A stretch of DNA of 64,000 nucleotides from the NCBI GenBank assembly GCA_949300385.1, contig CASGDZ010000002.1, positions 42,989-106,988 of the forward strand, read 5' to 3'. This document shows, one piece after another, positions 19,085-28,781 of the stretch; the first letter of the stretch is position 1; each line of letters starts with the position of its first letter. The position numbers and the translations under genes were made by a program. The DNA comes from an uncultured Christensenella sp. (GTDB taxonomy: Bacteria; Bacillota; Clostridia; Christensenellales; UBA1242). The notes under the pieces were generated by a model. That model saw only the letters and a list, made by a program, of their open reading frames with translations. It did no database searches and was not told where the DNA came from.

Positions 19085-19450
19085 TCTCCTTGCATATAAA
19101 AAACCCGCACGCTATTAGGACGAGCGGGTCTCGTGGTACCACCTAAATTCGCTCACAAACTGCGCTTTTCCTCGTTTGCTTGTACACACGGCGCAAACAG
19201 CGGTTTATGCTTGTTTGTTCGCTAACCCCATATCGAAACCAGTTCTCATGGGGACCCAGTGTACTGCGCTTTTCTCGTTTGATAGAATTTAACGCGTTAC
19301 GATTAAAAGAAAAATCAGTTTATAAGCCTTATTACATTTTCACAGTTTTATCTGTCGCATTTCAACAATGCGCAACTCAGATGCTGAAATTCGTGATTTA
19401 CACTGAACATAAGTATCTCTCAATCAACGGATACTCTCCCTTTATGAAAT
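19085..19450 (-). promoter_or_regulatory. T-box riboswitch leader (Phe-specific) controlling pheST
   Basis: The minus strand carries the conserved T-box sequence AATTTAGGTGGTACCACG (19149-19132). It is followed by the terminator ACCCGCTCG...CGTGCGGGT (19129-19103) and a U-run. Stem I-like elements GGGAGAGTA and TTGAGAGA lie near 19440-19410. A GAA-UUUC-A specifier-like context (UUC Phe codon) lies at about 19385-19392. The 5' boundary is uncertain. Confidence 0.85.
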
Positions 19451-19514
19451 GTATATCCTACTGCACACATCGTCATAGTCTTTAATTAAGTTAATGGATT
19501 ATTCCATATATTTT

Positions 19515-19542
19515 ATTATAATAATCAAAAATAATTTGTCAA
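19515..19542 (-). promoter_or_regulatory. Sigma-A-type promoter for the pheST leader
   Basis: On the minus strand, TTGACA (19542-19537), a 16-nt spacer and TATAAT (19520-19515). Confidence 0.6.
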
Positions 19543-19565
19543 ACGATATTTCACGATAAATAGAC

Positions 19566-20144
19566 CTATAGCGGTTTTATGTCGAATAGATTATCTTTTA
19601 TATGTTCGTATATAGTCTGCCAGTTAACAGCAAAGAATATATTATCATGTGATTTATGTTTTTTAGCATTTTTTAAACAAATTGAATCAATATCGCTTTT
19701 ATTCGCATATTTACATATTCTTAATGAATTATCGACTAATACATCAATATCATATTCATTACAAAATTTAATTTTATCGTTGCAATTAACGACTAAATGT
19801 GTAAAAGATAGATTATTTTGTTCGCACCATGTTAGTACAGCATTTGTTAGCCCATGCCAATTTGGTCTACTAGAAATCAAGAAAATCTCATTCCCTTCAT
19901 TATATAGTTGTCGAATAATACTGCAAGAGTCTGCAATTTCAGAATAATGTTTAACGTCATCAAGGTTTAACAATTTAAGCACAAGCCTTAGGATAAGGTT
20001 GCTTTTATTCACTTTTGATTTGTCCACAATTTCATACTTTAATTTTTTATAAGACACTTTAATCGGAAAAAATTTATTCGAAAAAGCATATGATTTCGAT
20101 TTATTAGTTATTATTGTTTGATCTATATCTATTCCCATTTTCAT
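19566..20144 (-). CDS. HAD-superfamily hydrolase (5'(3')-deoxyribonucleotidase-like)
   Basis: A DxDxT nucleophile motif sits at the N-terminus (MKMGIDIDQTI), and the protein has a small HAD-like size. I preferred the start at MKMG over the 26-codon hydrophobic extension in the ORF track. Confidence 0.55.
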   Translation of the reverse strand: MKMGIDIDQTIITNKSKSYAFSNKFFPIKVSYKKLKYEIVDKSKVNKSNLILRLVLKLLNLDDVKHYSEIADSCSIIRQLYNEGNEIFLISSRPNWHGLTNAVLTWCEQNNLSFTHLVVNCNDKIKFCNEYDIDVLVDNSLRICKYANKSDIDSICLKNAKKHKSHDNIFFAVNWQTIYEHIKDNLFDIKPL

Positions 20145-20340
20145 GCTATAAGTGTAACACACATAGTTGAGAAATGCAAGACTGAAAAAATAAAAAATTT
20201 TGCAAAATATTATAATATCCAAAAATATTTACAAAAAAATAGCAAAAAAGCGTATATTTCTTAAAATCTTTAAAAATTTTTAATAAATCATAAAATTTAT
20301 ATATGTTAATGTTAAATTAAATTAGTTTTGTGGAGTTAAG

Positions 20341-22617
20341 ATGAAATCAAAAATCAATACTAAATTTATTTTAAAATATTTTGCGCTATTTTTTCTATGT
20401 TTGGTGTTTGCAAATAGCGAGATAAGTGGGTTGAGTCCGTTTCTTTTTGCTTTCCTTTTCGCTTGCGTTTATGTGGGCTTAGATGAAAAACTTATGTCAA
20501 TTTTTACTCTTGTCAGTGCACTCGTTCTTGACCCAACTTTAGAAAGTTTTTATATTGCAATAACATTTGTCGCGGTCTGTCTTATAGTCTATTATTTCCA
20601 CCGATTAATTAAAAGACAACTTAGACTATTGACTATGTTTGTATCGTACATACTATCTTTGGCTACTTATACTTATTATAACTATTTTGATATAAAAAAT
20701 CTTATATTCTATATTTTGCTTGGCATTATTTCGCTCTATGTGTTTATAGTTGTAATGCAGGTATTCGAAAAGAAAAATTGTTTTAAATTAACGCTTGATG
20801 AAAGCATATGCGTACTTTTTGTAGTGGCTGTTATCGGGCTTGGATTAAGCGGAGTGTATATCTTTGAATTTTCGCTTTATAGATTTTTCCTTGCCATGAT
20901 GATATTCTTATGTGTTGCGATAGGTAGTCCTATTCTGACATTTTCACTAACCCTTGCTTTTTCATTAGGAGTAAGTGTTGCCGAATTTTCTCTCTCTTCT
21001 ATGGCTGAGTTTTCACTTATTGCACTTTTTGCCAGTGTGTTTGGTTTGCCTAATAAATTTAAGATTGTATTAATGTCGATGATTGCCGAAGTGTTCATTC
21101 AGTTGTATTTCAACATGAGTGGACTTAACAATTTTTACTCGATATTGCCTATTTTAGTAGCAGGCGCAATATTTATAATTATACCTAGAAAGGTTTTAAA
21201 TAGTTTGTCCGATGTTGTATATGTAAAAAGGAGCGAATTGTCGACAAGAAATCTTATTAATAGTACAAGAAAAACGCTTAAAAGAAGAATGAGCGAATTA
21301 AGCAATGTCTTCTACGATATGAAAGAGATACATCTAAATATGGTTAAACGCCAACTAAACAAAGAAGAACTTATATCGATGCTAACGCGCGAGATAACTA
21401 ATAGTTGTTGTAAAGACTGCTTAGATAAAAATAGGTGTACGCGCTCAATCGGCATGGATAACAAATCAAATCTCGAATATCTAATAGAGGTGGCAGTAAC
21501 GAAAGGGAAAATCACGCTTTTAGATATTCCGGCAGGGCTAACGAATCGCTGTGCGAAGATAAATAATTTAATTACACTAACAAATCACTTAATAGACGAA
21601 TATTCACAATACAAAGCAATGCTTACAGATATAAATAATGTGAAAATTTTGCTAGCGGATCAAATGGGTGCTGTATCGAAATTGCTCCTTGACATTGGGG
21701 AAGAGATTGATACAAATGCGACTTTTGATGTCGCACAAGAAAACAAAATTATATCGCGCCTATTGTCTTTAAATATAGATTGCAAGGAAGTTTTATTATA
21801 TACAGAGAAACAAAACGAATTGTCCGCCGTCGTCATATCTAAGACAAATCCAACAAATAGTCCGATTATAGAAAAGGCAGTAAGCGAATGTCTTAAAACG
21901 CAAATGAGAGTAGTCGACATAACACCTGTCGAAGAAAGTGGATATAATTCATTTAGTTTAAAGAAGTGTGCAAAATTTGATTGCGTATTTGGACTTGCAA
22001 GTTGTAATAAGGCGCACAATGACGAATGTGGCGATTGCCATAGCATAATAAGGCTTAGTTCAAATCGATTTTTACTAGCACTTTGCGACGGAATGGGGAG
22101 CGGCAAGTCGGCACACAAAATGAGTGCCATGACATTAGGCTTAATTGAAAATTTTTATAAGGTAGGTTTTGATAACGATATTATTTTAGAGAGCGTTAAT
22201 AAATTGCTTGCTATAAATAATCAAGAATCATATTCTACTCTAGATGTCTGTCTACTGGACTTAAATCATGAAATAGCAGATTTTATTAAAGTAGGCTCTC
22301 CATTTGGGCTTATTAAGCGAGATGGTAATGTAGAAGTCGTGCAAGGTGGAGCATTGCCTATTGGCGCGCTAGATAGCGTCAGTCCGTCTACCTATAAAAC
22401 GGCAGTTTCAACTAAAGATATTGTAATAATGGCAACGGACGGAATAACGGACGCCTTTATAACGCAAGAAAATATGATTGAATATGTATCTAAGTTAGCG
22501 AGCAATAATCCACAATCAATAGCGGAAGCAATATTAAACGAAGCCTTACGATTAAACGAAATGTCAGCAAAAGACGATATGACAGTGTTAGTCGCGCGCA
22601 CTTATTTAAAAGATTAA
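20341..22617 (+). CDS. spoIIE: Stage II sporulation protein E (membrane PP2C phosphatase)
   Basis: It has about 10 N-terminal TM helices, a central regulatory region and a C-terminal PP2C domain (LALCDGMGSGKSAHKMS ... MATDGITD ... DDMTVLV). It lies upstream of tilS, as in Bacillus. Confidence 0.85.
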   Translation: MKSKINTKFILKYFALFFLCLVFANSEISGLSPFLFAFLFACVYVGLDEKLMSIFTLVSALVLDPTLESFYIAITFVAVCLIVYYFHRLIKRQLRLLTMFVSYILSLATYTYYNYFDIKNLIFYILLGIISLYVFIVVMQVFEKKNCFKLTLDESICVLFVVAVIGLGLSGVYIFEFSLYRFFLAMMIFLCVAIGSPILTFSLTLAFSLGVSVAEFSLSSMAEFSLIALFASVFGLPNKFKIVLMSMIAEVFIQLYFNMSGLNNFYSILPILVAGAIFIIIPRKVLNSLSDVVYVKRSELSTRNLINSTRKTLKRRMSELSNVFYDMKEIHLNMVKRQLNKEELISMLTREITNSCCKDCLDKNRCTRSIGMDNKSNLEYLIEVAVTKGKITLLDIPAGLTNRCAKINNLITLTNHLIDEYSQYKAMLTDINNVKILLADQMGAVSKLLLDIGEEIDTNATFDVAQENKIISRLLSLNIDCKEVLLYTEKQNELSAVVISKTNPTNSPIIEKAVSECLKTQMRVVDITPVEESGYNSFSLKKCAKFDCVFGLASCNKAHNDECGDCHSIIRLSSNRFLLALCDGMGSGKSAHKMSAMTLGLIENFYKVGFDNDIILESVNKLLAINNQESYSTLDVCLLDLNHEIADFIKVGSPFGLIKRDGNVEVVQGGALPIGALDSVSPSTYKTAVSTKDIVIMATDGITDAFITQENMIEYVSKLASNNPQSIAEAILNEALRLNEMSAKDDMTVLVARTYLKD

Positions 22618-22710
22618 AATCAAAAAATTCGCATAAATATAGTAAAATTTCGTTAAAAATACTCAAAATTATACAAAAAATAAAAATTTTTATAAATTTT
22701 ATATTCCCTA

Positions 22711-22739
22711 TTGCAATTTTTACATTGATGTAGTATAAT
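22711..22739 (+). promoter_or_regulatory. Sigma-A-type promoter for tilS
   Basis: TTGCAA (22711-22716), a 17-nt spacer and TATAAT (22734-22739), followed by SD AGGAGA. Confidence 0.55.
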
Positions 22740-22768
22740 CAACTTAAGAAATTTACTAGGAGATAAGT

Positions 22769-24112
22769 ATGGAAAATGTTTTAGACTACATTAAAGAAAA
22801 TAAACTTATTAAACCGCGTGAAGTTATCGGTGTTGCGTGTTCAGGAGGGCGCGATAGCATAGCGCTATTACATTTCTTAAATAGCGTTAAAGAGGAACTT
22901 GATTGTGAGATTGTTGCAATAAATGTTGATCATGGAATACGACCATCTAGTGCATTTGATACGGAATTTGTGATGAACTTTTGTAAAGAAAATAATATTC
23001 GCGCTTATAAGTTTAAAGGTGAGGCTTTAAAAGTCGCTAGTGAAGAGAAATTGACTATCGAGCAAGCGGCTAGAAAGGTTAGATATGGGATCTTTGACAC
23101 TGTTATAAAACGCGGGTTAGTAGACAAAATTGCACTAGCACATCATCTAAATGATCAAGCAGAAACAGTTTTATTAAATATTATTCGTGGTTCAGGTTTG
23201 TCTGGCGCACGCGGTATGGACGCAATTCGCGACGGAGTATATATTCGTCCGTTACTTACGACTCCGCGTGAAGAGATTATGTCGTACATAGATGAGAATG
23301 GTCTCGAATTTGTTGAAGACGAAACAAACAGCGACATCACTTATTCGCGCAATTACATTCGTAACATTGTTATGCCAGCACTTAGGAAACATTTTAAGTC
23401 GGTAGATAGAAATATTGTTAATTTTGCAAAGATATGCGCTAAGGACGATAACTACATAAATAGTCAAATCGATATGAGTACCATGATTGAAACGACTGAT
23501 TATGTTAAACTTCCGCTAACATATTTTTTACAAGACGAAGCGATTGTCAATAGGATTTTAAAACGCGTTTTCTCAAAATTCTCTAAACAAGACATTGAAA
23601 GCAAACATATAAATATGGTGCGTTCGTTCGCGCTTGAAGCAGAGAATGGCACAATGATTAGCCTTCCTTTTAAGATAAAAGTTGTCAAAGAATATGACTA
23701 TCTAACAATAGGTTATGTTAAGAAAAAAGAGATTACTGGATCATATCCATTCAGAAGTGGAAAATTACCAATTGACGGATATGGCGTTATCCGAACAACT
23801 TCGAGCAAGGTAAGGACAGAACCTAAAATTCACCAACACATAGTGGACGCTGGGCGTATACCTACAACGGCAGTATGGCGCTTTAGACAAGAGGGAGATG
23901 TATTTTCTCCGCTTGGTATGGACGGCAGTAAAAAATTGAAAGATTACTTTATTGACAAAAAGATACCTGCGCGTATGCGTCAAGAGATACCAGTTCTAGC
24001 AGACGGCAATAAAATCTTGATTGTAGCAGACATACAAATCGCCGATGAAGTCAAAGTGACAGACGACACTCATCAATTCTTCAAAATAAATTATGAGAAA
24101 GAATTATTCTAA
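22769..24112 (+). CDS. tilS: tRNA(Ile)-lysidine synthase
   Basis: It has the PP-loop motif GVACSGGRDSIALLHFL. The size and C-terminal TilS domain fit the family, and the gene sits next to spoIIE. Confidence 0.9.
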   Translation: MENVLDYIKENKLIKPREVIGVACSGGRDSIALLHFLNSVKEELDCEIVAINVDHGIRPSSAFDTEFVMNFCKENNIRAYKFKGEALKVASEEKLTIEQAARKVRYGIFDTVIKRGLVDKIALAHHLNDQAETVLLNIIRGSGLSGARGMDAIRDGVYIRPLLTTPREEIMSYIDENGLEFVEDETNSDITYSRNYIRNIVMPALRKHFKSVDRNIVNFAKICAKDDNYINSQIDMSTMIETTDYVKLPLTYFLQDEAIVNRILKRVFSKFSKQDIESKHINMVRSFALEAENGTMISLPFKIKVVKEYDYLTIGYVKKKEITGSYPFRSGKLPIDGYGVIRTTSSKVRTEPKIHQHIVDAGRIPTTAVWRFRQEGDVFSPLGMDGSKKLKDYFIDKKIPARMRQEIPVLADGNKILIVADIQIADEVKVTDDTHQFFKINYEKELF

Positions 24113-24270
24113 AAATTAAATAATCTCGTATTAATCTAATATTCAAAACAACAACTACAAATCATGAACTATTTTGCTATAATTAACCAAGTGGTTTATG
24201 TAATTTTATAGATTTTGTGAAAGGCATTTTTCAAATATTATGGAGAAATTAAATACAAATAATTCTATTT

Positions 24271-24310
24271 AAAAAGCACTAGAATTTTCTAGTGCTTTTA
24301 CTCTTTTTTT
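24271..24310. terminator. Bidirectional intrinsic terminator
   Basis: An 11-bp stem (aaagcactaga / tctagtgcttt) with a 4-nt loop, flanked by an A-run and a T-run. It abuts the stop codon of the minus-strand gene. Confidence 0.65.
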
Positions 24311-25251
24311 GTGGGGATTGCTTGTTGCTCGCTATCCTTTTTTATTTGTTCGACTTTATTTTGACTTGATGTGTATACCTTTTTTGGCATATAGAGTTTT
24401 AGTCCAGATTCTACTATCTTTACTTCTAATTCGTCCAAAGTCATAACTCGACCATCAATGTAAGTCTTAATTTTGTTATTTGGGTTTGTTATTTTCACTG
24501 CTTTTAACCAAAATTGCTTTGTTTGGTCTTCATATATTTGTTTGCCCGATCTAAATAAAGATAAATATTTAGATTTGTTTTGCCCGTAAGTATATATTGA
24601 ATAATTTAAATTAAATAGACCGTCATGAATATTGGATAATGGGCTTAAAGGTTCGCCATCTTGATAGACTCCATTAGAAATTGATAGATCAAAAATATTT
24701 TCTTTTTTAGTACGAGAAGATTTAGTATCAATCGAAAGTTCGATCCCTTCAAATTTATTGCCATACTTCATACGAACATATTTTTTTGTAAAATAGTTTT
24801 TAAATTTATATTGATTATATATCTCATATATATCCGCGCTAGCACCTATCAAAATATGATTTAGTGCAATCATGTCGTTGGCTATTAAGTAGTCGACACT
24901 CTCAACATTTTTTTCCATTATGTCTTTAATCGCTTGAACGGGATTGAAACTAATACGCATAAATTTAGCAAAATCATTTGTTTTGCCAGCAGGAATTATT
25001 CCTAGTTTAATTTTAGATAGGTCTTTAATTGTATTTAATAGATAATTTATTGCGACATCATCACCGATAATGACAAAATCGGTCTCATTCATATTTTTCA
25101 ATTCAACAGCATTCGCTGTTAAATCGTCCATACTAGTTGAAAAATACACGGAATATTCCGCTTTAATAGATTTCAAATATTTGACTACGCGTTTTGCGTA
25201 TTGCTCGCTATCTAGATTTTGGCTATCTGGTGCGACTAATATATTTAACAT
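24298..25251 (-). CDS. Diacylglycerol/lipid kinase catalytic-domain (YegS/BmrU-like) protein with a degenerate GGDGT motif
   Basis: The DAGK_cat-like layout is present: MLNILVAP..., VIIGDDVAINYLLN in place of GGDGT, and GIIPAGKTNDFAKF matching the GTGNDFAR motif. Confidence 0.5.
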   Translation of the reverse strand: MLNILVAPDSQNLDSEQYAKRVVKYLKSIKAEYSVYFSTSMDDLTANAVELKNMNETDFVIIGDDVAINYLLNTIKDLSKIKLGIIPAGKTNDFAKFMRISFNPVQAIKDIMEKNVESVDYLIANDMIALNHILIGASADIYEIYNQYKFKNYFTKKYVRMKYGNKFEGIELSIDTKSSRTKKENIFDLSISNGVYQDGEPLSPLSNIHDGLFNLNYSIYTYGQNKSKYLSLFRSGKQIYEDQTKQFWLKAVKITNPNNKIKTYIDGRVMTLDELEVKIVESGLKLYMPKKVYTSSQNKVEQIKKDSEQQAIPTKKE

Positions 25252-25257
25252 ACTTAT

Positions 25258-25286
25258 ATATTAACCAAATTTAAAAATTTTTGCAA
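25258..25286 (-). promoter_or_regulatory. Sigma-A-type promoter placed for a leaderless transcript of the kinase-like gene
   Basis: On the minus strand, TTGCAA (25286-25281), a 17-nt spacer, TAATAT (25263-25258), 6 nt, then ATG (25251). There is no SD. Confidence 0.5.
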
Positions 25287-25362
25287 TGATTTTAAATAAA
25301 TTATATAATTTTGTAATTATAGTTATCTAATTTAATCGATTTTAACATTTTACAAAAAATGT

Positions 25363-25391
25363 TTGACAAATATCGCACTAGATTTTAAAAT
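25363..25391 (+). promoter_or_regulatory. Sigma-A-type promoter for the TasA-like gene / rmuC pair
   Basis: TTGACA (25363-25368), a 17-nt spacer and TAAAAT (25386-25391). Confidence 0.5.
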
Positions 25392-25408
25392 CAAAATATA
25401 GGTGGCAG

Positions 25409-25996
25409 TTGAAAAAATATAATAGGGTATATTTTAAATCATTTTTGAGTTGGGGGATTATTTTAGCCCTTTTGTTTTGCTTGTCTTTTGGCTCAGCATA
25501 TGCGTATTTTACTGCGACTGCAAAAGAACAAGTTGCGAATGTATCAACCGCTATCATACGCGTGGGATTTAGCGATGACACAACTGAGCAAATTTTATCC
25601 AGCAGTGCAGTAGTAGTGGACAATCGTGCGTTAGAGCCGGGCGATAGTGTAGGGTTTAGCGGTGCAATAGAAAATATTGGTACAGATTCAATATATGCCA
25701 TGCTTGTATTTGAAGTTAAAGTCAATGATAATCTTGTCGATACAAGTTACTATACCGCAGATGGTAAAACGGAATTGGTAGCAGATTTGTCAGGAAAATA
25801 CACAGACGAAACGACAATTATACCAGCGACAACTCAAAACTCAGTTGCATTTTCGCTTAATTATTTGCTAGACGGCGATACATATGGGAATTCTTATCAA
25901 AATCAATCGGTTAGCATTAATATTACAGTTTTGGCAATTCAGCAAGACAATGTTCAAGCGAATAATGCGGTAAATCTAATGTTAGGGATAAATTAA
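25409..25996 (+). CDS. TasA/camelysin-like secreted protein with SipW-cognate-type signal peptide
   Basis: It uses a TTG start after AGGTGG. The signal peptide ends in SAYAYFTATAKE, matching the AYFT motif of SipW-dependent signal peptides. The C-terminal strand ...ITVLAIQQDN is typical of the family. Confidence 0.6.
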   Translation: MKKYNRVYFKSFLSWGIILALLFCLSFGSAYAYFTATAKEQVANVSTAIIRVGFSDDTTEQILSSSAVVVDNRALEPGDSVGFSGAIENIGTDSIYAMLVFEVKVNDNLVDTSYYTADGKTELVADLSGKYTDETTIIPATTQNSVAFSLNYLLDGDTYGNSYQNQSVSINITVLAIQQDNVQANNAVNLMLGIN

Positions 25997-25997
25997 T

Positions 25998-27266
25998 ATG
26001 GAATACATAATTTTAGGATCAATATTTGGGGCTATATGGTTAATAACCCTTGTTACATTTGTGGTTTTATATAAAAGAAAACAGCCTACTATTTCGGACG
26101 ATAAGTCTATTAAAACGGTTGTGGATAATCAAAAAGAGCAAAATATCTTATTAAATAACATGCTTATGCAGGCATTAAAAAATAGCGAGGTGTCCACTCA
26201 AAATACAATAAACAATTTGACAGTACTTCAAAAGCAAGAGTTTGATTCAATTTCAAAACGCGTGGACGAGTTGACTACCAGAAATGAGCAGAGAATAGAG
26301 AAGTTGACTTTCGATGTCAATCTTTCACTTAACAATATGCGTCAAGAGAATACGAAAGCGATTGAAAAAATGCGCGAGACAGTGGACGAAAAATTGAACA
26401 CTTCACTATCACAAAGGTTGAATGATAGTTTCTCAAAAATTCAACAGAGTTTGGAGAGCGTCAATTTAGGTATAGGCGAGATGCGTACACTTGCTAATGG
26501 CGTTGGCGATTTAAAAAAGGTGTTATCAAATGTAAAAGTACGCGGTGGTTGGGGCGAAATAATGCTATCCACTCTTTTGGAACAAATGTTAGCACCTAAT
26601 CAGTATAAAGCACAAGTGCAGGTCAAGAAGAATAGTAAAGAGCGCGTAGATTTCGTTGTGCTTATGCCAGGCAAAGATGACCACGAAATCATGCTTCCTA
26701 TCGATAGCAAATTCCCACTTGAAGATTATAACAAACTAATTGAAGCAAGTGAGACTTTGGACAAGGATTTAATCGAAAAGACGCAAAAACAATTAATGAA
26801 GCGCATTAAAGAAGAAGCAAAGTCAATACGAGAAAAATACATAAATGTACCAGAGACTACCGATTTTGCCGTAATGTTCTTACCGATAGAAGGTTTGTAT
26901 GCCGAAGTTGTGCGCGATGTCGAACTCATGGATACAATACAAAATCAGTATAAAGTTGTAGTATGTGGACCTACTACATTGACCGCACTATTAAATAGTT
27001 TGCAATTAGGATTTAAAACCTTTTATATTGAGAAGAGAAGTAGCGAATTGTGGCAAGTATTGTCCACATTTAAGACAGAGTTTGAGAAATTTGTTCAACT
27101 ACTTTTAAAGACACAAACAAAACTAGGTGAAGCAAACAGCACTATTGAATTAGCAACTAAATCTTCGCGAAAAATTGCTAAAAAACTAGGCGATGTTAGT
27201 CAAGTAGTGGGCATTGATTACGACGACTCAGATGACGACAACGGCGCAGACGGATTTATTGAATAA
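25998..27266 (+). CDS. rmuC: DNA recombination protein RmuC
   Basis: It has an N-terminal TM helix, a long coiled coil, and then the RmuC nuclease-like core (VRGGWGEIMLSTLLEQML ... DFVVLMPG ... PIDSKFP). Confidence 0.85.
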   Translation: MEYIILGSIFGAIWLITLVTFVVLYKRKQPTISDDKSIKTVVDNQKEQNILLNNMLMQALKNSEVSTQNTINNLTVLQKQEFDSISKRVDELTTRNEQRIEKLTFDVNLSLNNMRQENTKAIEKMRETVDEKLNTSLSQRLNDSFSKIQQSLESVNLGIGEMRTLANGVGDLKKVLSNVKVRGGWGEIMLSTLLEQMLAPNQYKAQVQVKKNSKERVDFVVLMPGKDDHEIMLPIDSKFPLEDYNKLIEASETLDKDLIEKTQKQLMKRIKEEAKSIREKYINVPETTDFAVMFLPIEGLYAEVVRDVELMDTIQNQYKVVVCGPTTLTALLNSLQLGFKTFYIEKRSSELWQVLSTFKTEFEKFVQLLLKTQTKLGEANSTIELATKSSRKIAKKLGDVSQVVGIDYDDSDDDNGADGFIE

Positions 27267-27270
27267 AATA

Positions 27271-27298
27271 AAAGTATGAAGAGTCTTCATACTTTTTT
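27271..27298 (+). terminator. Intrinsic terminator after rmuC
   Basis: An 8-bp stem (gtatgaag / cttcatac) followed by TTTTTT. Confidence 0.7.
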
Positions 27299-27434
27299 AT
27301 ATAAAAAATTTAGTTATTTTTATCATAAAAATTTATAATAAGAGACAATAAAGTTTAATAATTTAAAAAGATTAATAATTTAAATAATAAAGCATATTAA
27401 AAGTGAATAATTTATTTCTATTAATAGTCATATA

Positions 27435-27464
27435 TTGCATGAATTTTAATTTATTACACATAAT
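27435..27464 (+). promoter_or_regulatory. Promoter placed for a leaderless VanW-family transcript
   Basis: TTGCAT (27435-27440), an 18-nt spacer, CATAAT (27459-27464), 6 nt, then ATG at 27471 (MKKKVVAL...). There is no SD. Confidence 0.4.
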
Positions 27465-28781
27465 ATGCGTATGAAGAAAAAAGTCGTAGCGTTATGTATA
27501 TGTTTTTCGCTATTTTGGATTTTATCACTAAGTATTGGATTAGTTTATGCGACCGATAATGAGCGAATAGAATTCATTTATAACGGACGAGTTTTTAGTT
27601 ATGAGTTAGCGGACAATATTAAGTCGAGTGAGCGCTTTGATTTAAATTTTGAGATAAACAAATATAAAAGATTTTCAAATTATGAAGATAGAAAAAATTT
27701 ACTAAATCATATGTTAAATGTAGGGTTTGATAAAGATGTAGCGTTAGAATACATGTTCCCGAACTTAAACGAATTAATTTCATCAATACAAAAAAATATT
27801 CAAGTTTTACCAAAAGACGCTAAAATGCAAGTTGACAGCAACACAAATAAAGTGTTTTTTATCTCGCCAGAAGTAGTAGGCATTGATGTAGATAGAAATA
27901 AACTCTTCGATTTAATTGCTAAAAAATATTTAAACAATGAAGAATTATCTATAAATGTACCTATAAAATTTACATATCCAACAATACGAGCGGAATACTA
28001 TGAAAAATATACACATTTGCGAGCAGATTTTTCGACCGATATATCGCGTTCTAGTGCGGATAGAAAACACAATGTTAAGACCGCGTTAAATGCACTCAAT
28101 AAGGTAGAGATTTTACCAAATAGCACCTTTTCATTTAATAAAACGACAGGCAGAAGAACGCCCGAAAATGGATATAGGACGGCAAAAATCATTGTAAACA
28201 ACGAATATGTAGATGGTGTTGGTGGCGGAGTGTGTCAAGTATCCACAACGCTATACAATTCGGCATTGTTGGCGGGACTAGATATAAAGGAGGCGAACAA
28301 ACATAGCAAACAAGTAAGTTATGTCCGCTATGGATTTGACGCTATGGTCAATTATGGAAGTAGCGATTTAAAGATTTATAATAATACAAATGAGCGAGTA
28401 ACCATTATCACTAACTATTCGTCCACGCGTGCGCGAATACGAATTTTTGGCGAAGATATGGGAGACACGCAATACAAGTTGACTAACGAGATAAGCGATG
28501 TAGTAGAACCTATTGACGAGATAGAATATGATGAGTCAGGCAAATATATAGATAAGGTACAATATGATGATGAATATTTTTACTTAAAGACGGGGAATCG
28601 TGGCATGCAAATAAAATCATATCGCGATAAATATGTAAAAGGTAAGTTGATTTCACACGAATTGTTGCGTACGGACAAATATAAGGCACAAAATGCAATA
28701 AAAGTTTACGGAACAAAAAAGCGCGCAGAAAATAGCGCGCTTAATAATGAAATTTTAAATTTTTTAGAATGGGTCGCATAA
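27465..28781 (+). CDS. VanW family protein (secreted)
   Basis: It has an N-terminal signal peptide and the VanW core (FSFNKTTGRRTPENGY ... GGGVCQVSTTLYNSALLAGL ... GFDAMVNYGSSDLKIYN). The start is either 27465 or, more likely, 27471. Confidence 0.85.
   Translation: MRMKKKVVALCICFSLFWILSLSIGLVYATDNERIEFIYNGRVFSYELADNIKSSERFDLNFEINKYKRFSNYEDRKNLLNHMLNVGFDKDVALEYMFPNLNELISSIQKNIQVLPKDAKMQVDSNTNKVFFISPEVVGIDVDRNKLFDLIAKKYLNNEELSINVPIKFTYPTIRAEYYEKYTHLRADFSTDISRSSADRKHNVKTALNALNKVEILPNSTFSFNKTTGRRTPENGYRTAKIIVNNEYVDGVGGGVCQVSTTLYNSALLAGLDIKEANKHSKQVSYVRYGFDAMVNYGSSDLKIYNNTNERVTIITNYSSTRARIRIFGEDMGDTQYKLTNEISDVVEPIDEIEYDESGKYIDKVQYDDEYFYLKTGNRGMQIKSYRDKYVKGKLISHELLRTDKYKAQNAIKVYGTKKRAENSALNNEILNFLEWVA

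Noticed and set aside
19081-19110. A 10-codon N-terminal extension of pheS (MRVFYMQGEI) in the ORF track.
   Set aside because: The extension overlaps the T-box terminator stem and U-run. A strong SD (AAGGAGAG) precedes the internal ATG at 19080.
19220-19250. A second UUC (GGUUUCGAU) considered as the T-box specifier codon.
   Set aside because: It has no preceding GAA/S-turn context and sits in a hairpin loop downstream of the Stem I-like elements. The GAA-UUUC-A context at about 19385-19392 fits better. A covariance model is needed to settle this.
19180-19485. A 101-aa + strand ORF between pheS and the HAD gene.
   Set aside because: It lies entirely antisense to the pheST T-box leader, whose GC-rich structured RNA explains the open frame. 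It has no SD or promoter, and its composition is implausible for a protein.
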